This document shows positions 1-9,662 of a DNA stretch of 64,000 nucleotides, one piece after another (within the stretch, counting starts at the first letter, position 1; every line of letters starts with the position of its first letter). The position numbers and the translations under genes are program-made. Where the stretch lies: NCBI GenBank assembly GCA_021776825.1, contig JAJFFG010000037.1, positions 2,437-66,436 on the forward strand. Direction: 5' to 3'. Under the pieces are notes generated by a model. The model made no database searches. It was not told where the DNA came from and saw nothing but the letters and a program-made list of their open reading frames with translations. The stretch is from Planctomycetota bacterium (GTDB lineage: Bacteria > Planctomycetota > JAJSAM01 > JAJVHW01).

Positions 1-135
1 CTCCGCGGCTGCGTCAGCCCGTACGCGAGAGCGCTTCCCCTCGGTCGCAGCCTTGCGTGGCCTCATCTCCCGCGTCACGGCGCCTGCGCTGACGCGCAAC
101 CGCAGCGCCGCGGGTGGGGATCCGGACCGGAGTAG
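1..135 (-). repeat. Partial inverted copy of the composite GC-rich palindromic repeat family (REP/MITE-like)
   Basis: Positions ~40-110 are the reverse complement of the block ggttgcgcgtcagcgcaagcgccgtgacgcgggagatgaggccacgcaaggctgcgaccga found at ~38810-38870 and ~29025-29090. Confidence 0.7.
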
Positions 136-216
136 CGGTCGCTGTGTCGGCGACGCGCGTGTCGTGATCAGCCGCCGCTGGCGCGCGTTGGTTCGCGGAC
201 GTCGATCGCCCAACCG

Positions 217-831
217 ATGAATGGCCGGCGCCCTCTCTGGCGCCATCCGGTCGTTCGCATCGCAGCGCTCTGGCTCCCGTGGGTCGCCGCCGGACTCCTG
301 CTCCCGGATCACGTCGACAACTTCGCGGCGTGGGCCTGGTTCCTCTCGATCGTCGCCGCCGCGATGCTTCTCTCAGCCGGCGCGAGGCCGTTCCCCCTCC
401 TCGTGGAGCGACGGGCGCAGGCGAGTTCGGTGCGCATGCTCATCGTCGTGCCGTTGCGGGTAGCCGCAGGCGTGCTGATCGGCGTGTGGTTGCTGGCGGG
501 ACCACTCGGGCGCGACACGCTGGGTTCGTTCGATCGGCGCGTGTTCGGCGTCCTCTATCTCGTGGTGACGTTGGCGTGGACGGCCGCGCTAGGCGGACGC
601 GAGGAGCCCGTTCGGCTCCAGGTGCTGTTCGGCGCCGCACTCTGCGCACACGAGGGTCCAGCCCTCGCTCAACTCGAAGACCTGCTTCTTCTCGCAGGGT
701 GCGCAGAACGCACGGAGCCAGCTTCTGACTACTGCCGACATCGAGACCTCCTCCAGTCGCGCTGTCTCGAACCCAGCAAGATCCGGGCCGCGCCGACGTT
801 CGGAGCGGCAGGCTCCTGTGGGCAGGGTTGA
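217..831 (+). CDS. Hypothetical membrane-like protein (doubtful; its 3' third overlaps the zinc-ribbon gene on the opposite strand)
   Basis: 204-codon ORF. Hydrophobic, Trp/Leu-rich translation with high GC3 up to ~590. After that the third-position bias decays and the ORF is antisense to 589..741. No homology recognised. Confidence 0.25.
   Translation: MNGRRPLWRHPVVRIAALWLPWVAAGLLLPDHVDNFAAWAWFLSIVAAAMLLSAGARPFPLLVERRAQASSVRMLIVVPLRVAAGVLIGVWLLAGPLGRDTLGSFDRRVFGVLYLVVTLAWTAALGGREEPVRLQVLFGAALCAHEGPALAQLEDLLLLAGCAERTEPASDYCRHRDLLQSRCLEPSKIRAAPTFGAAGSCGQG
589..741 (-). CDS. Small zinc-ribbon protein (two CxxC pairs, 50 aa)
   Basis: Translation MSAVVRSWLRAFCAPCEKKQVFELSEGWTLVCAECGAEQHLEPNGLLASA has CAPC and CAECG separated by 17 residues. 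A strong SD GGAGGAGG sits 6-7 nt upstream of the ATG at 741. Confidence 0.5.
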   Translation of the reverse strand: MSAVVRSWLRAFCAPCEKKQVFELSEGWTLVCAECGAEQHLEPNGLLASA

Positions 832-1029
832 CGGCGCGCGCGGGCGCACGCTGCTAACTCCTGTTTCCACCATCGGAAGGAATCGGGAAGGATCCGTAGC
901 GGTTGGGGCGGTGGAGGTGGGCGGGAGGTGCTCCGCGGAGGGCCGACCAGCTCGCGTGGACGCGCCCTGAGCGCCGTAGGGGCGGAGCCCCCGCTCCGCC
1001 CGCCGACGTGCGTCGCGCGGGCCTGGCGG

Positions 1030-1446
1030 GTGGATGGCGGTCAGCGCACGGTCACGCTGGATCGGACGGCCACGGGCGATCGACGTCGCCGGTCGAGAAC
1101 GCGCCGGGTTGCACGGCCGATCGACGTTGCCGCCTCGACCGATGGCCGTCCGGATCACGAGGGACGTTCGCGGTCCGCCAGTGGGTCTGCCGGACACGGC
1201 CAACCCCCGCGGGCGGGGCGGATCAGGAGATCCGCCCGTACGACCCCATTGAGGTGGCGCGCGTCGGGGATCGGATCCGCACGCGCGGCGAGATGCGGCG
1301 ACGAGCGGGAGCACCGCCGTCGACCGATGGCCGTCCGCATGACGAGGGTCGTCCGCCGAGCGCCAGTGGATCCGCCACGCGCGGATGACCCCAGCGGGCG
1401 GGGCGGACCAGGGGGGCCGCCCCTACGGCGCCGTAGTCACCGCGCA
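1030..1446. repeat. Cluster of composite palindromic repeats (units A, middle motif and B of the REP/MITE-like family)
   Basis: Contains gggcggggcggatcaggagatccgcccgtacgaccccattgaggtggcgcg, two copies of cgaccgatggccgtccg[g/c]at[c/g]acgaggg..cgt and gggcggggcggaccaggggggccgcccctacggcgccgtag. Near-identical arrangement at 38520-38760 and parts at 28780-29250. Confidence 0.8.
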
Positions 1447-3269
1447 ACGCGCGGGTACCGGTACATCACCTCCAGCGACAACGCGTTCAACGCCGTCGTC
1501 ACCAGGCGCCCTCCACGTGCCCCGGTCCGGCCGCGCGGCGGCCACGAGCCCGTGGCGCATCCGGTCCGCACCTGGTTCTGCAGCAGCATCGGTCGGAGGC
1601 TCTCGTTCCACCCGTCCCAGATCCAGTGGCCCATCTGGAACGCAGCGAGCGAGCCGTAGTACCAGTGCGTCGGATCACCGGCGCCGTAGCCGCTGCCGGG
1701 TTCGCCGTCCTCCCAGCGTGGCGACGTGCTGGAGAGCCGGTAGCCGATCCGGCGCATCTCGTCCGATGCGGGATCCGCGCCGAGCGCGATGCGGGAGTAC
1801 AGCCCGACACCGAGCAGTGCATCCGTGCCCTGTCCGCGCGCTAGGTAGCCCACGTCGCCATCCGAGTCGGTCCGCGCCGCGAGCAGCCGCCGACAGCCGG
1901 CCAGCGTGTGCGCCGGGACGCGGAGCTTGGCCCGTTGCGCGGCCGAGAGGGCCATCACGACCCACCCGGTCACCGAGGCGTCCGAGGTGCCGTCGCCCGG
2001 GCGGTAGCGCCAGCCGCCGCGCTCGCTCTGTCGTTTGACGAAGTAGTCGATCGAACGCTGCGCGGGCTCGCGCAGTACCGCGGAGCCGGTGAGTCCGTAG
2101 GCCTCGCAGAGTGCGAGTGAGCAGATGGCGCTCGCGTAGACGCGCTTGCCGTCCGACGCAAACGAGCCGTCTGACTTCTGGTCGCGCAGAAGCGCGGCGA
2201 GCCCGTCGCGAATCGTGTCGCGCCAGGGACCGTCGTGGTGCGTGTGGCCGGCTCCCAAGAACGGCAGCAGCGCGAGACCGGTCGCCGCCTCGCGGTACTG
2301 GCGTTCCCCGTGCCCCTCGCAGCGGTCGCCGACGTCGCACATCGCGCTGAAGCCGGTCGCACCCCACGCTCCGTCGATGCCCTGGTGGTCCGAGAGCCAC
2401 CGCAGCGCGAGCAGCAGCGCTCCATCGGCCGCCGCGTTGCCGCCACCTTCGCGAAGCAGGCGCTCGCGGCCCCCGATCCTCGCCGCCAGCAGCGTCCCCG
2501 CAGGGACACCGCCCACGCCGAGATCCGTCGACTCCGCCTTCTCGTCGGCCGCCGGGCCCACCTCGGCCTCGAGCTGCGCGGCGAAGTTGGAGAGGTCGAG
2601 CGGAGCGGATCGGTCGGCGTCCGTCCCGCTCTCGCCGCTCTCCTCCGGGTCCGGTGTCTCACGCGATCCCATGTGCGCCTCGGGCGGCACGTCGACCAAC
2701 GGGCTCCGGAACGCAACCTGATAGCGAAACGGCCGCTCCCGCGGCGGCGACGGGTTCGTCAGGAGCAGCAGCGCCAGCAACCCGAGCAGGATCCCGTGGA
2801 CGACCAGGGACGCCGTGACCGACGTCGGCAGGCGATTGCGACGCGATCGCGGCCGCCGCGTCGGCCGCGGTCCCCGCGGCGGAGCGGGATGCCGGTTGGG
2901 CTGCGTCGATGACGGCGCCGGGAGCCCGTCCTCCTCGAACGCGAGCGGTGCGAGTGATGCGGCGGTGGGATCGGAGGGTTCCGGCTCGGTGGCCGCCGAG
3001 GCGGAGTCGAGAAGGGCCGCCGTCAGCAGCATGGCGCCGAGGTCGAGCGTCGCGTCCATCGCCCCCAGATCGACGATGCGGCGCGACAGCTCGGGACGTC
3101 CGTCGATCACGACGCCGTCGCGGAGGGCCTCCACGAACAGCAGTCCCTCGCCGAGCGAGCGGAGGCGCGCCACCGTCGGATCGCCGACGTGCCACTCGTC
3201 ACCGACGGCCAGGCGCCGCTCGACTGCCTCGCCGTCGGGTCCCGTCCCTCGCAGGAGTACCTCTGCCAT
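1437..3269 (-). CDS. Membrane-anchored protein with C-terminal squalene-cyclase/prenyltransferase-like (QxxDGxW) repeat domain; N-terminal soluble domain and Pro-rich linker
   Basis: 610 aa. Single TM segment LVVHGILLGLLALLLLT after a Pro/Arg-rich linker. C-terminal half carries repeated Q..DG.W / Q..GGW motifs (WLSDHQGIDGAWG, LRDQKSDGSFAS, RQSERGGWRY) typical of SQHop_cyclase/prenyltransferase repeats. Confidence 0.6.
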   Translation of the reverse strand: MAEVLLRGTGPDGEAVERRLAVGDEWHVGDPTVARLRSLGEGLLFVEALRDGVVIDGRPELSRRIVDLGAMDATLDLGAMLLTAALLDSASAATEPEPSDPTAASLAPLAFEEDGLPAPSSTQPNRHPAPPRGPRPTRRPRSRRNRLPTSVTASLVVHGILLGLLALLLLTNPSPPRERPFRYQVAFRSPLVDVPPEAHMGSRETPDPEESGESGTDADRSAPLDLSNFAAQLEAEVGPAADEKAESTDLGVGGVPAGTLLAARIGGRERLLREGGGNAAADGALLLALRWLSDHQGIDGAWGATGFSAMCDVGDRCEGHGERQYREAATGLALLPFLGAGHTHHDGPWRDTIRDGLAALLRDQKSDGSFASDGKRVYASAICSLALCEAYGLTGSAVLREPAQRSIDYFVKRQSERGGWRYRPGDGTSDASVTGWVVMALSAAQRAKLRVPAHTLAGCRRLLAARTDSDGDVGYLARGQGTDALLGVGLYSRIALGADPASDEMRRIGYRLSSTSPRWEDGEPGSGYGAGDPTHWYYGSLAAFQMGHWIWDGWNESLRPMLLQNQVRTGCATGSWPPRGRTGARGGRLVTTALNALSLEVMYRYPRVAR

Positions 3270-3289
3270 GGCTCCAAGTTACCCGCGCG

Positions 3290-4477
3290 TCAACCGCGTA
3301 GGGCGACGCTCGGCGGGAGACGGCTCGCGCGCCACGCGGGGACCAGGCCCGCGATCACGCCGACCGCGGTGCTGAACACGACGGCCTGGAGGACTACATC
3401 CGCCGTGATGCGGAATGCGAACGCCTGCTCGGTGAACGTCTCCCAGTTCATCGTGCCGGTCGCGACGCCGTTGACCGGCCACGCGATGGCGACGCCGAGC
3501 ACACCGCCGAGTAGCCCGAGGATCAGTGACTCGAACAGGAAGCCGACCAGGATCGCCCACGGCCGGAAGCCGAGAGCCAGCAGCGTGCCGACCTCACGCG
3601 TGCGCCGCGCGAGGGAAGCCAGCAGTGTCACCGCCGTGCCGAACGCCGCGCCGACTGCCATGATCCCGGCGATGAAGTACGCGACGATCATGAGGATGTC
3701 GCCGAGCAGTCCGGACTGACTCTCGAAGTAGCCCGGCTCGGTGTGGGTCTCCGCGTCGAACCGGGCGTCACCCTCGATCGTCAGTCGGAACGCATCGTCC
3801 TTGGCGTCCGTCGGGTCCGGATCGTCGGGCACCGGATCGCCGCGCCGCAGGACCGCCAGCCCGTAGACCGGCCGGTCGAGCTCCTGCATGAAGACCTCGA
3901 CGTCGCACCAGATCTCGGAGTCGTATGCGCCGCCGCCCGAGTCGATCACCCCGACGACTGGCCAGCCCTGCCCCTGCAGCTCGAGCGCGCCGCCCAGACG
4001 ACAGCCCGCGATCCGCCCGAGCAGCGCCTTTCCGACGACGACCTCGTGGGTGCCCGGCTCGAACGCGCGTCCCACAGCGATCTGTGCGGAGTCGCGGATG
4101 CGGAACGACTCGAGCATGACGCCGCGGAGAGGGAAGTTCGCCGAGCCGCCGCCCTCGCGATCGAGCGAGAGCGCGGCGTACACCTCGGCCGATGCGAGTG
4201 GCGCACCGTCCTCGCCGATGGCGATGCCGGGCATGGCACGGAGCGCACGAAAGCGATCGCGTTGCATGCCACTCTCGCCCTCGCTCGTGGCGCCGTTCCG
4301 CAGCACCACGATGTTGTGCGCGTCTCCGGTGGTCTTGAGCGTGAGCTGGAACCCGCGAGCGAGAGCGAGGACCAGGACGAGGACCGCGACGGAGAGACCG
4401 ATCGACAGCACGCTGAGCGCCGTGCCAGCACGCCGCACGAGCAGGCTGCGGAGGTTGTAGCCGAGGGGAATGGCCAT
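3290..4477 (-). CDS. ABC transporter permease, FtsX/MacB-LolE family
   Basis: Start taken at the internal ATG ([16 protein letters not shown]) that forms an ATGA overlap with the stop of the upstream permease. N-terminal TM, large periplasmic loop, C-terminal 3-TM FtsX-like region. Confidence 0.8.
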   Translation of the reverse strand: MAIPLGYNLRSLLVRRAGTALSVLSIGLSVAVLVLVLALARGFQLTLKTTGDAHNIVVLRNGATSEGESGMQRDRFRALRAMPGIAIGEDGAPLASAEVYAALSLDREGGGSANFPLRGVMLESFRIRDSAQIAVGRAFEPGTHEVVVGKALLGRIAGCRLGGALELQGQGWPVVGVIDSGGGAYDSEIWCDVEVFMQELDRPVYGLAVLRRGDPVPDDPDPTDAKDDAFRLTIEGDARFDAETHTEPGYFESQSGLLGDILMIVAYFIAGIMAVGAAFGTAVTLLASLARRTREVGTLLALGFRPWAILVGFLFESLILGLLGGVLGVAIAWPVNGVATGTMNWETFTEQAFAFRITADVVLQAVVFSTAVGVIAGLVPAWRASRLPPSVALRG

Positions 4478-5643
4478 CAGTCGCGCCTCGACAGGGCGTC
4501 GACGACCGGCGTGCGGACGGCGACCCACGCGGGAACGATGCCGCTGATCAGTCCCACGGCGACCGCGGTGCCGGCAGCCAACAGCTCGGTCTCCGGGAGG
4601 ATCGCGAACGACGGGAAGAACCGGTCGAGTGCGGACACGCCGATGACGTTGAACATCACGTGCGCCCCGGCGACGCCGAACAGACCGCCGATGCCGCAGA
4701 CGACGACGCCCTCGGCGACGAACAGCGCAGCGATCGACGCGTCCGGAAACCCGAGAGCCTTGAGCACGCCGACCTCGAGCCGTCGCTCCTGGCCGTGGAG
4801 GAGCATCGTGTTCAGCGCGATCATGAACGCCGCGAACAGCACGGCGCCGCCGATCATCGACAGCAGCAACGGCACGTTGCCCCACATCGAGACGAACATC
4901 TGGTTGAACGCCGCCTCGGTCAGCGTGCGCGTGCGGTGGTCGCTCGACGCGTAGCGATCGTCGACTGCGGCTGCGATCGCAGCGAGATCCGCGCCGTCCT
5001 CGAGGTCGAGCGTGAACGTCGAGATCTTCCCCGGTCGGCCCGCCTTCTCGTCGAGGTAGTCCCAGTGGAAGAACATCGTCTGGGAGTCCATCTGTCCGCT
5101 GCCCGGCGTGTAGATGCCGGCGATGTCGAACGAGTAGTCACCGGGGAAGATGTTGCCCTTCAGCTCGATCGTCTCGCCGAGCTCCCACCCGAAGCGCTCG
5201 ATCAGTCCGTCGCCCACGATGCAGGCCTTGCGAGATCCGTCGAACGCCTCCCATTGCTCGGGAGGCATGACGATCTCCTCGCGGCGTGGGCTCCAGTCGC
5301 CGTAGACCGTTCGCAGCGTCGGCACGTCCGTGGCGAACCGCGCGAACATGTTCTCCTTGTCGATGTAGACGCCGCCGAACCAGGTCCAGTGCGTTACCTC
5401 GCGGACACCCGGCTGCGCGCGTAGATCGTTCTCGAGTTTGGCCGGCAGGAACACGAACAGCGACACCGCGCTCGACGTGATGAGGCGGTTGCTGCCCGCG
5501 GCCTTCACGGTCTGCTGCAGGCTGGTCACGACGGTGCGGAGCGTGGCCATCAGGAACACGGCCAACGCGACGCCGGCCGCCGTGAGAAGAACGCGGAACC
5601 ACGCGCCACGGAGGTGCTCGAACAGGAGACGCCACGGCGTCAT
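4477..5643 (-). CDS. ABC transporter permease, FtsX/MacB-LolE family (second copy)
   Basis: [35 protein letters not shown]... ATGA overlap with the ATPase stop at 5640-5643. FtsX-like C-terminal 4-TM bundle. Confidence 0.8.
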   Translation of the reverse strand: MTPWRLLFEHLRGAWFRVLLTAAGVALAVFLMATLRTVVTSLQQTVKAAGSNRLITSSAVSLFVFLPAKLENDLRAQPGVREVTHWTWFGGVYIDKENMFARFATDVPTLRTVYGDWSPRREEIVMPPEQWEAFDGSRKACIVGDGLIERFGWELGETIELKGNIFPGDYSFDIAGIYTPGSGQMDSQTMFFHWDYLDEKAGRPGKISTFTLDLEDGADLAAIAAAVDDRYASSDHRTRTLTEAAFNQMFVSMWGNVPLLLSMIGGAVLFAAFMIALNTMLLHGQERRLEVGVLKALGFPDASIAALFVAEGVVVCGIGGLFGVAGAHVMFNVIGVSALDRFFPSFAILPETELLAAGTAVAVGLISGIVPAWVAVRTPVVDALSRRD

Positions 5644-6326
5644 TCGCGGACGGCCTCCGACGTGGCGATGGCGCCCTTTTCGAGATGCACGAGCCGATCT
5701 GCGCGCGCCGCGGCGTTCGGATCGTGCGTGACCATCACGATCGCCTTGCCGAAGTCGGCGCGGAGCCGATCCATCAGGTGCAGGATCTCCTCCGCACTCT
5801 TGGCGTCGAGGTCTCCTGTCGGTTCGTCGGCGAGCAGGAAACTCGGGTCCGTGACGATGGCGCGCGCGATGGCCACGCGCTGCTGCTGACCGCCGGAGAG
5901 TTGTGACGGGCGGTGGTCGGAGCGATCGGCCAGACCGACCACCTCGAGCGCGGTCTGCACGTGCTCGCGACGCTGGCGTCGCGAGAGCGGAGTGAGGAGC
6001 AGCGGCAGCTCGACGTTCTGTTCGGCCGTCAGGACCGAGAGCAGGTTGTAGAGCTGGAAGATGAACCCGACGTGGCGGCTGCGCCACGCGGCGAGCTCGG
6101 CGGGCGAGCGACCAACGATCTCGTCGCCGGCGACCTGGATCGTCCCGGCGTCCGGGACGTCGATCCCGCCGATCAGATTCAGCAGCGTCGTCTTGCCACT
6201 GCCGCTGGGGCCCATGAGCGCGACCCACTCGCCCGCTTCGACGTCGAGGTCGAGGTCGTCGAGGACGCGTAGCTCTTGGCCGCCGCGGAAGTACGACTTC
6301 CCGACGCCGCGTGCCGTGATCAGCAT
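5640..6326 (-). CDS. ABC transporter ATP-binding protein (MacB/LolD-type)
   Basis: Walker [11 protein letters not shown]-loop, signature [14 protein letters not shown], Walker [13 protein letters not shown]-loop VTHD. 228 aa. Confidence 0.9.
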   Translation of the reverse strand: MLITARGVGKSYFRGGQELRVLDDLDLDVEAGEWVALMGPSGSGKTTLLNLIGGIDVPDAGTIQVAGDEIVGRSPAELAAWRSRHVGFIFQLYNLLSVLTAEQNVELPLLLTPLSRRQRREHVQTALEVVGLADRSDHRPSQLSGGQQQRVAIARAIVTDPSFLLADEPTGDLDAKSAEEILHLMDRLRADFGKAIVMVTHDPNAAARADRLVHLEKGAIATSEAVRE

Positions 6327-7783
6327 CAGTCCGCCTTCTCGTCGGCCAGGATGCGGACGGTGCCGCCATCGGCGAGGTCGTCGGGCGGAGACAGTACGAC
6401 GTCCTCGCCGCCGCGCAGTTCGCTGTGGATCTCCACACGGCCGTCGGCGTCCTCGTCACCTCGTCCCACTGCGTGGAACCGGACCACCCTCTCCGTCACG
6501 ACGAACACCCCGTTCGCTCCGTCGCGCTGCGTGATGGCGCCGTCCGGCGCGAGGACGCGGTCGGCCCCGAGGGCGCGCTCGGCGGCATCCTCGTCGAGGA
6601 ACTCCACGCGCCCGCTCATCTCCGGCAGCACGTGCTCGTCGAGCTGATCGAACGTGATCTTTACCTGCACGGTCCCACGCGTGCGGTCCGCGGTCGGGAC
6701 GACTTGGCGCACGCGGCCCTGATAGGGCTCCGTGCGCGAGTCGAGCACGATGCGGCAGGGCAGGCCCTCGCTGACTCGGCCGATGTCGCGCTCGATGACG
6801 TCGACCTCCATCTCGAGCGACGCGAAGTCGGCCAGCGTGACGATGGCGCCACGTGTCATGCTCCCGGCGGCGTTCACCGGCGCGACCATCTCGCCGACCT
6901 CGGCCTCCTTGCGCAGCACGATGCCCGCGAACGGTGCGCGCACGCTGGCATCGCGGTACAGCGCCGCGGCGCGAGCGCGGCCGGCTTCGGCACCCTCGAC
7001 CATGCGTTGCGCCACGGTGTCGCGCGCCCGTATCACGGCCAATTCAGTCTCGTGCTGGACGACCTCGACACGCGCGGTCTCGGCGCGGGCGCGAGCCACG
7101 AACAGCAGTCGCTCTCGGACGTCGCGAGCAGATCGTGCTGCCTCCAGCGTGTCGCCCATCGAGACCCTCTCTCGCAGCAGACGCTCCTCGACGGTCACGA
7201 GCCGCTTGGCCTCCACGAGCTCCGTCTCGGCGGTGGCGACGGTCGCCTCGCTCTGCGAGCGACGGCGCCTCGCCGTCTCGACAGCGGCGGACGCCGCTTC
7301 GAACTGCTTCTCCAGAACGGTCAGTTCGGCACGTCGGGTCGCGACGGTTGCCTCGGCCTCCGTGACGGCGGCTTCCAGATCTTCCGCGCCAAGCGTGCCG
7401 AGCAACTGACCGGCCTCGACCGCGTCGCCGACGTCGACGAGCAACGACTCGAGGCGTCCCGATAGCCGACTGGAGATCGCCGCGCGACGCCGCGCGACCA
7501 CGTAGCCGGAGGCCGTGGTCCGAACCGCTCCCTGCGTGGCGGCAACGCGCACGATCGGCGCCGTGCGCACCGGGCGCGCGGCGAGGAGACGCTTCAGCGG
7601 ACCGATGGACAGAGCCCCGATCGCGATGACGATCACACCGAGCACGATCCAGCGCCCGATGCCGCGACGACGGCGGCCGGTGGGGCCGCGCTCGATGCGC
7701 AGGCGCTCCAGCCGCGGTCCTGTGCTCGTCGCGGCGTTCGCGTCGGTGTTCGTGTCCGCGCTCGTCTCGTCCTGATCGCTCAC
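6326..7783 (-). CDS. HlyD/MacA-family periplasmic adaptor (membrane fusion protein)
   Basis: N-terminal TM (WIVLGVIVIAIGALSI), long coiled-coil region rich in A/E/R, beta-barrel/lipoyl-like C-terminal part. Directly upstream of the ATPase + permeases. Confidence 0.75.
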   Translation of the reverse strand: MSDQDETSADTNTDANAATSTGPRLERLRIERGPTGRRRRGIGRWIVLGVIVIAIGALSIGPLKRLLAARPVRTAPIVRVAATQGAVRTTASGYVVARRRAAISSRLSGRLESLLVDVGDAVEAGQLLGTLGAEDLEAAVTEAEATVATRRAELTVLEKQFEAASAAVETARRRRSQSEATVATAETELVEAKRLVTVEERLLRERVSMGDTLEAARSARDVRERLLFVARARAETARVEVVQHETELAVIRARDTVAQRMVEGAEAGRARAAALYRDASVRAPFAGIVLRKEAEVGEMVAPVNAAGSMTRGAIVTLADFASLEMEVDVIERDIGRVSEGLPCRIVLDSRTEPYQGRVRQVVPTADRTRGTVQVKITFDQLDEHVLPEMSGRVEFLDEDAAERALGADRVLAPDGAITQRDGANGVFVVTERVVRFHAVGRGDEDADGRVEIHSELRGGEDVVLSPPDDLADGGTVRILADEKAD

Positions 7784-7899
7784 TGCCCGTCTCCCTGGTC
7801 CGACCCCGCAGGCTATCGCGCCGGCCCCCGGGGCAAGAACGCGCGAGGAGGAGGCATCACGTCCCGCAGACGGCGAGCGCGTGGTGGGAGCTACTCGGG

Positions 7900-8706
7900 C
7901 TATCCCGGCTGCGCGTGCTTGCCGCGGTACTCGATCGTCTGAATGAGCGGCAGGGCGACGAGGATCGTCAGGATCGCGACGCCGACGAACACTCCGATCG
8001 CGACGGCCGCCGATGCCGGGTCGTCGATGCGAGCGGCCTTCTGCAGCATGTCACGACCGATCGGTGACGACTCGGGCCACATCAGGGACCGCACGTAGTA
8101 GACGAGCGTGAGCTTCGCGATCGTCCCGGCGAAGAACGACATTGAGTTCTCGATCAGGACGAACACGACACCGACGACCAGAGTCTTGCGAATGCACACC
8201 GACGAGAGGCTGAACAGGCCCACGTACGCGGGGAACGCGAGCAGCGTCGCCGTCACCGCGGACTGCATGGGACCGGCGATCTCGATCTCGAGTGGGAGTC
8301 CGATGGCGAGCACCGAGATCGGCAGGAGCAGTGTGCCCACCGCCAGCGACGCCATCGTCCGTCCGATGTAGATCGCCCACCGGGACGCCGGCGCGGTGAA
8401 CCAGTAGGTCAGTGTCCCTTCGTCGCTCTCCGGCCACGGGAACGACGTCGAGAGGATCAGCGCCACGACCGGCACCGCGATGCCGAAGTGGTAGAACGCG
8501 AGGATCAGATAGAAAAAGCCCTCTTGGCGCTCGGGCGGCTGGCCGCGCGCAATCGAGATGGCGAGCACGCCGGGGAGCAACACGAGCAGCACCGGCCAGA
8601 GCAGCCGGAACCCCCGCAACGACCGGCGCAGCGTGAGCATCGCGACCTGGAAGACCACCTCGAACGTATCGAGCCGCCGCGGTCGGTCGAAGCGTGCCTC
8701 GCTCAT
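7900..8706 (-). CDS. ABC-2 family transporter permease
   Basis: Start MSEARFDRPRRLDTFEVV forms an ATGA overlap with the upstream ATPase stop. Six predicted TM helices. ABC-2 type. Confidence 0.7.
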   Translation of the reverse strand: MSEARFDRPRRLDTFEVVFQVAMLTLRRSLRGFRLLWPVLLVLLPGVLAISIARGQPPERQEGFFYLILAFYHFGIAVPVVALILSTSFPWPESDEGTLTYWFTAPASRWAIYIGRTMASLAVGTLLLPISVLAIGLPLEIEIAGPMQSAVTATLLAFPAYVGLFSLSSVCIRKTLVVGVVFVLIENSMSFFAGTIAKLTLVYYVRSLMWPESSPIGRDMLQKAARIDDPASAAVAIGVFVGVAILTILVALPLIQTIEYRGKHAQPG

Positions 8707-9662
8707 CGGTTGCGGTCCGCGACCGCGATCACCGGTCGTTTCAGCACCAGCGTGTCGAACAGTGACTGCAAGCAGTCGTCCGGGCTTTCCATGCCCCGGA
8801 CGCCGAGATCGCCGTCCGCGCTCTCGTCGGTCATGCGGGAGTAGAACGCCTCGGGTTTCGGCGTGGTCAGCCGTACGCCCGTGTCGGTGACGCACACGCT
8901 CTCTACGCAGTCCCACTGCATCAGGTGCACGGCGAGGCGCCGCGGCTCTTCGGCAAGGATGCGGATACGGTGCGGATGCTGATCGATCAACGCTCGGATC
9001 TCGCGAGCGTTGCCCTCGGCCGCGATCCGCCCTCGATGCAGGAGCATGACGTCACGGGTGACCGCCTCGACCTCGTGGAGCACGTGCGAGCTGAACAGGA
9101 CCGTGGCGCCACGCTCAGCGCAGTCGGCCACCATCCGCTGCACCTTGTGCCGCCAGAGCGGATCGAGTCCGGTCAGTGGTTCGTCGAGCAAGAGCAGGTC
9201 CGGGTCGTGCGCGAACGCCGTGCAGATCTTGATGCGCTGGCGCATCCCCTTCGAGTAGCCACGGATGCGCCGACCGCGCGCCTCGACGAGGCCGACCCGT
9301 TCGATCCACTCGTCCGTCCGCGACGCCGCTTCGGGCGGCGACCAGCCGCGCATGCGCAGCAGGAACGAGACGAACTCGACGCCGGTCATGTCGTCGAACA
9401 TCGCCTCCTGCTCGGGGCAGATGCCGATGCGGTGATAGAGGTCGGGGTTCGCGAACGGCTCCATGCCGAGCACGGTCACCGAACCGATCGTGGGTCGCAG
9501 CTCGCCGGTGAGAATGCGCAGGAGCGTCGACTTGCCAGCACCGTTCGGGCCAAGCAGTCCGACGACACCGGGCTTGAGGTCGATCGAGACCTCGTTCAGA
9601 GCGACGACCGAGCCGTACGAGCGGGTCAGGTTCTCGACGTGGATGATCGGGTCGTCGCTCAT
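8703..9662 (-). CDS. ABC transporter ATP-binding protein (ABC-2 type)
   Basis: MSDDPIIHVENLTRSYG... Walker A GPNGAGKST, signature YSKGMRQR, Walker B LLLDEPLTGLD. ATGA overlap with the upstream permease stop. Confidence 0.9.
   Translation of the reverse strand: MSDDPIIHVENLTRSYGSVVALNEVSIDLKPGVVGLLGPNGAGKSTLLRILTGELRPTIGSVTVLGMEPFANPDLYHRIGICPEQEAMFDDMTGVEFVSFLLRMRGWSPPEAASRTDEWIERVGLVEARGRRIRGYSKGMRQRIKICTAFAHDPDLLLLDEPLTGLDPLWRHKVQRMVADCAERGATVLFSSHVLHEVEAVTRDVMLLHRGRIAAEGNAREIRALIDQHPHRIRILAEEPRRLAVHLMQWDCVESVCVTDTGVRLTTPKPEAFYSRMTDESADGDLGVRGMESPDDCLQSLFDTLVLKRPVIAVADRNR

Noticed and set aside
589-1314. 241-aa minus ORF treated as one gene
   Set aside because: Only the C-terminal 50 codons (zinc ribbon, with its own SD and ATG) look genuine. 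The N-terminal part runs through the repeat cluster and is Arg/Pro-rich.
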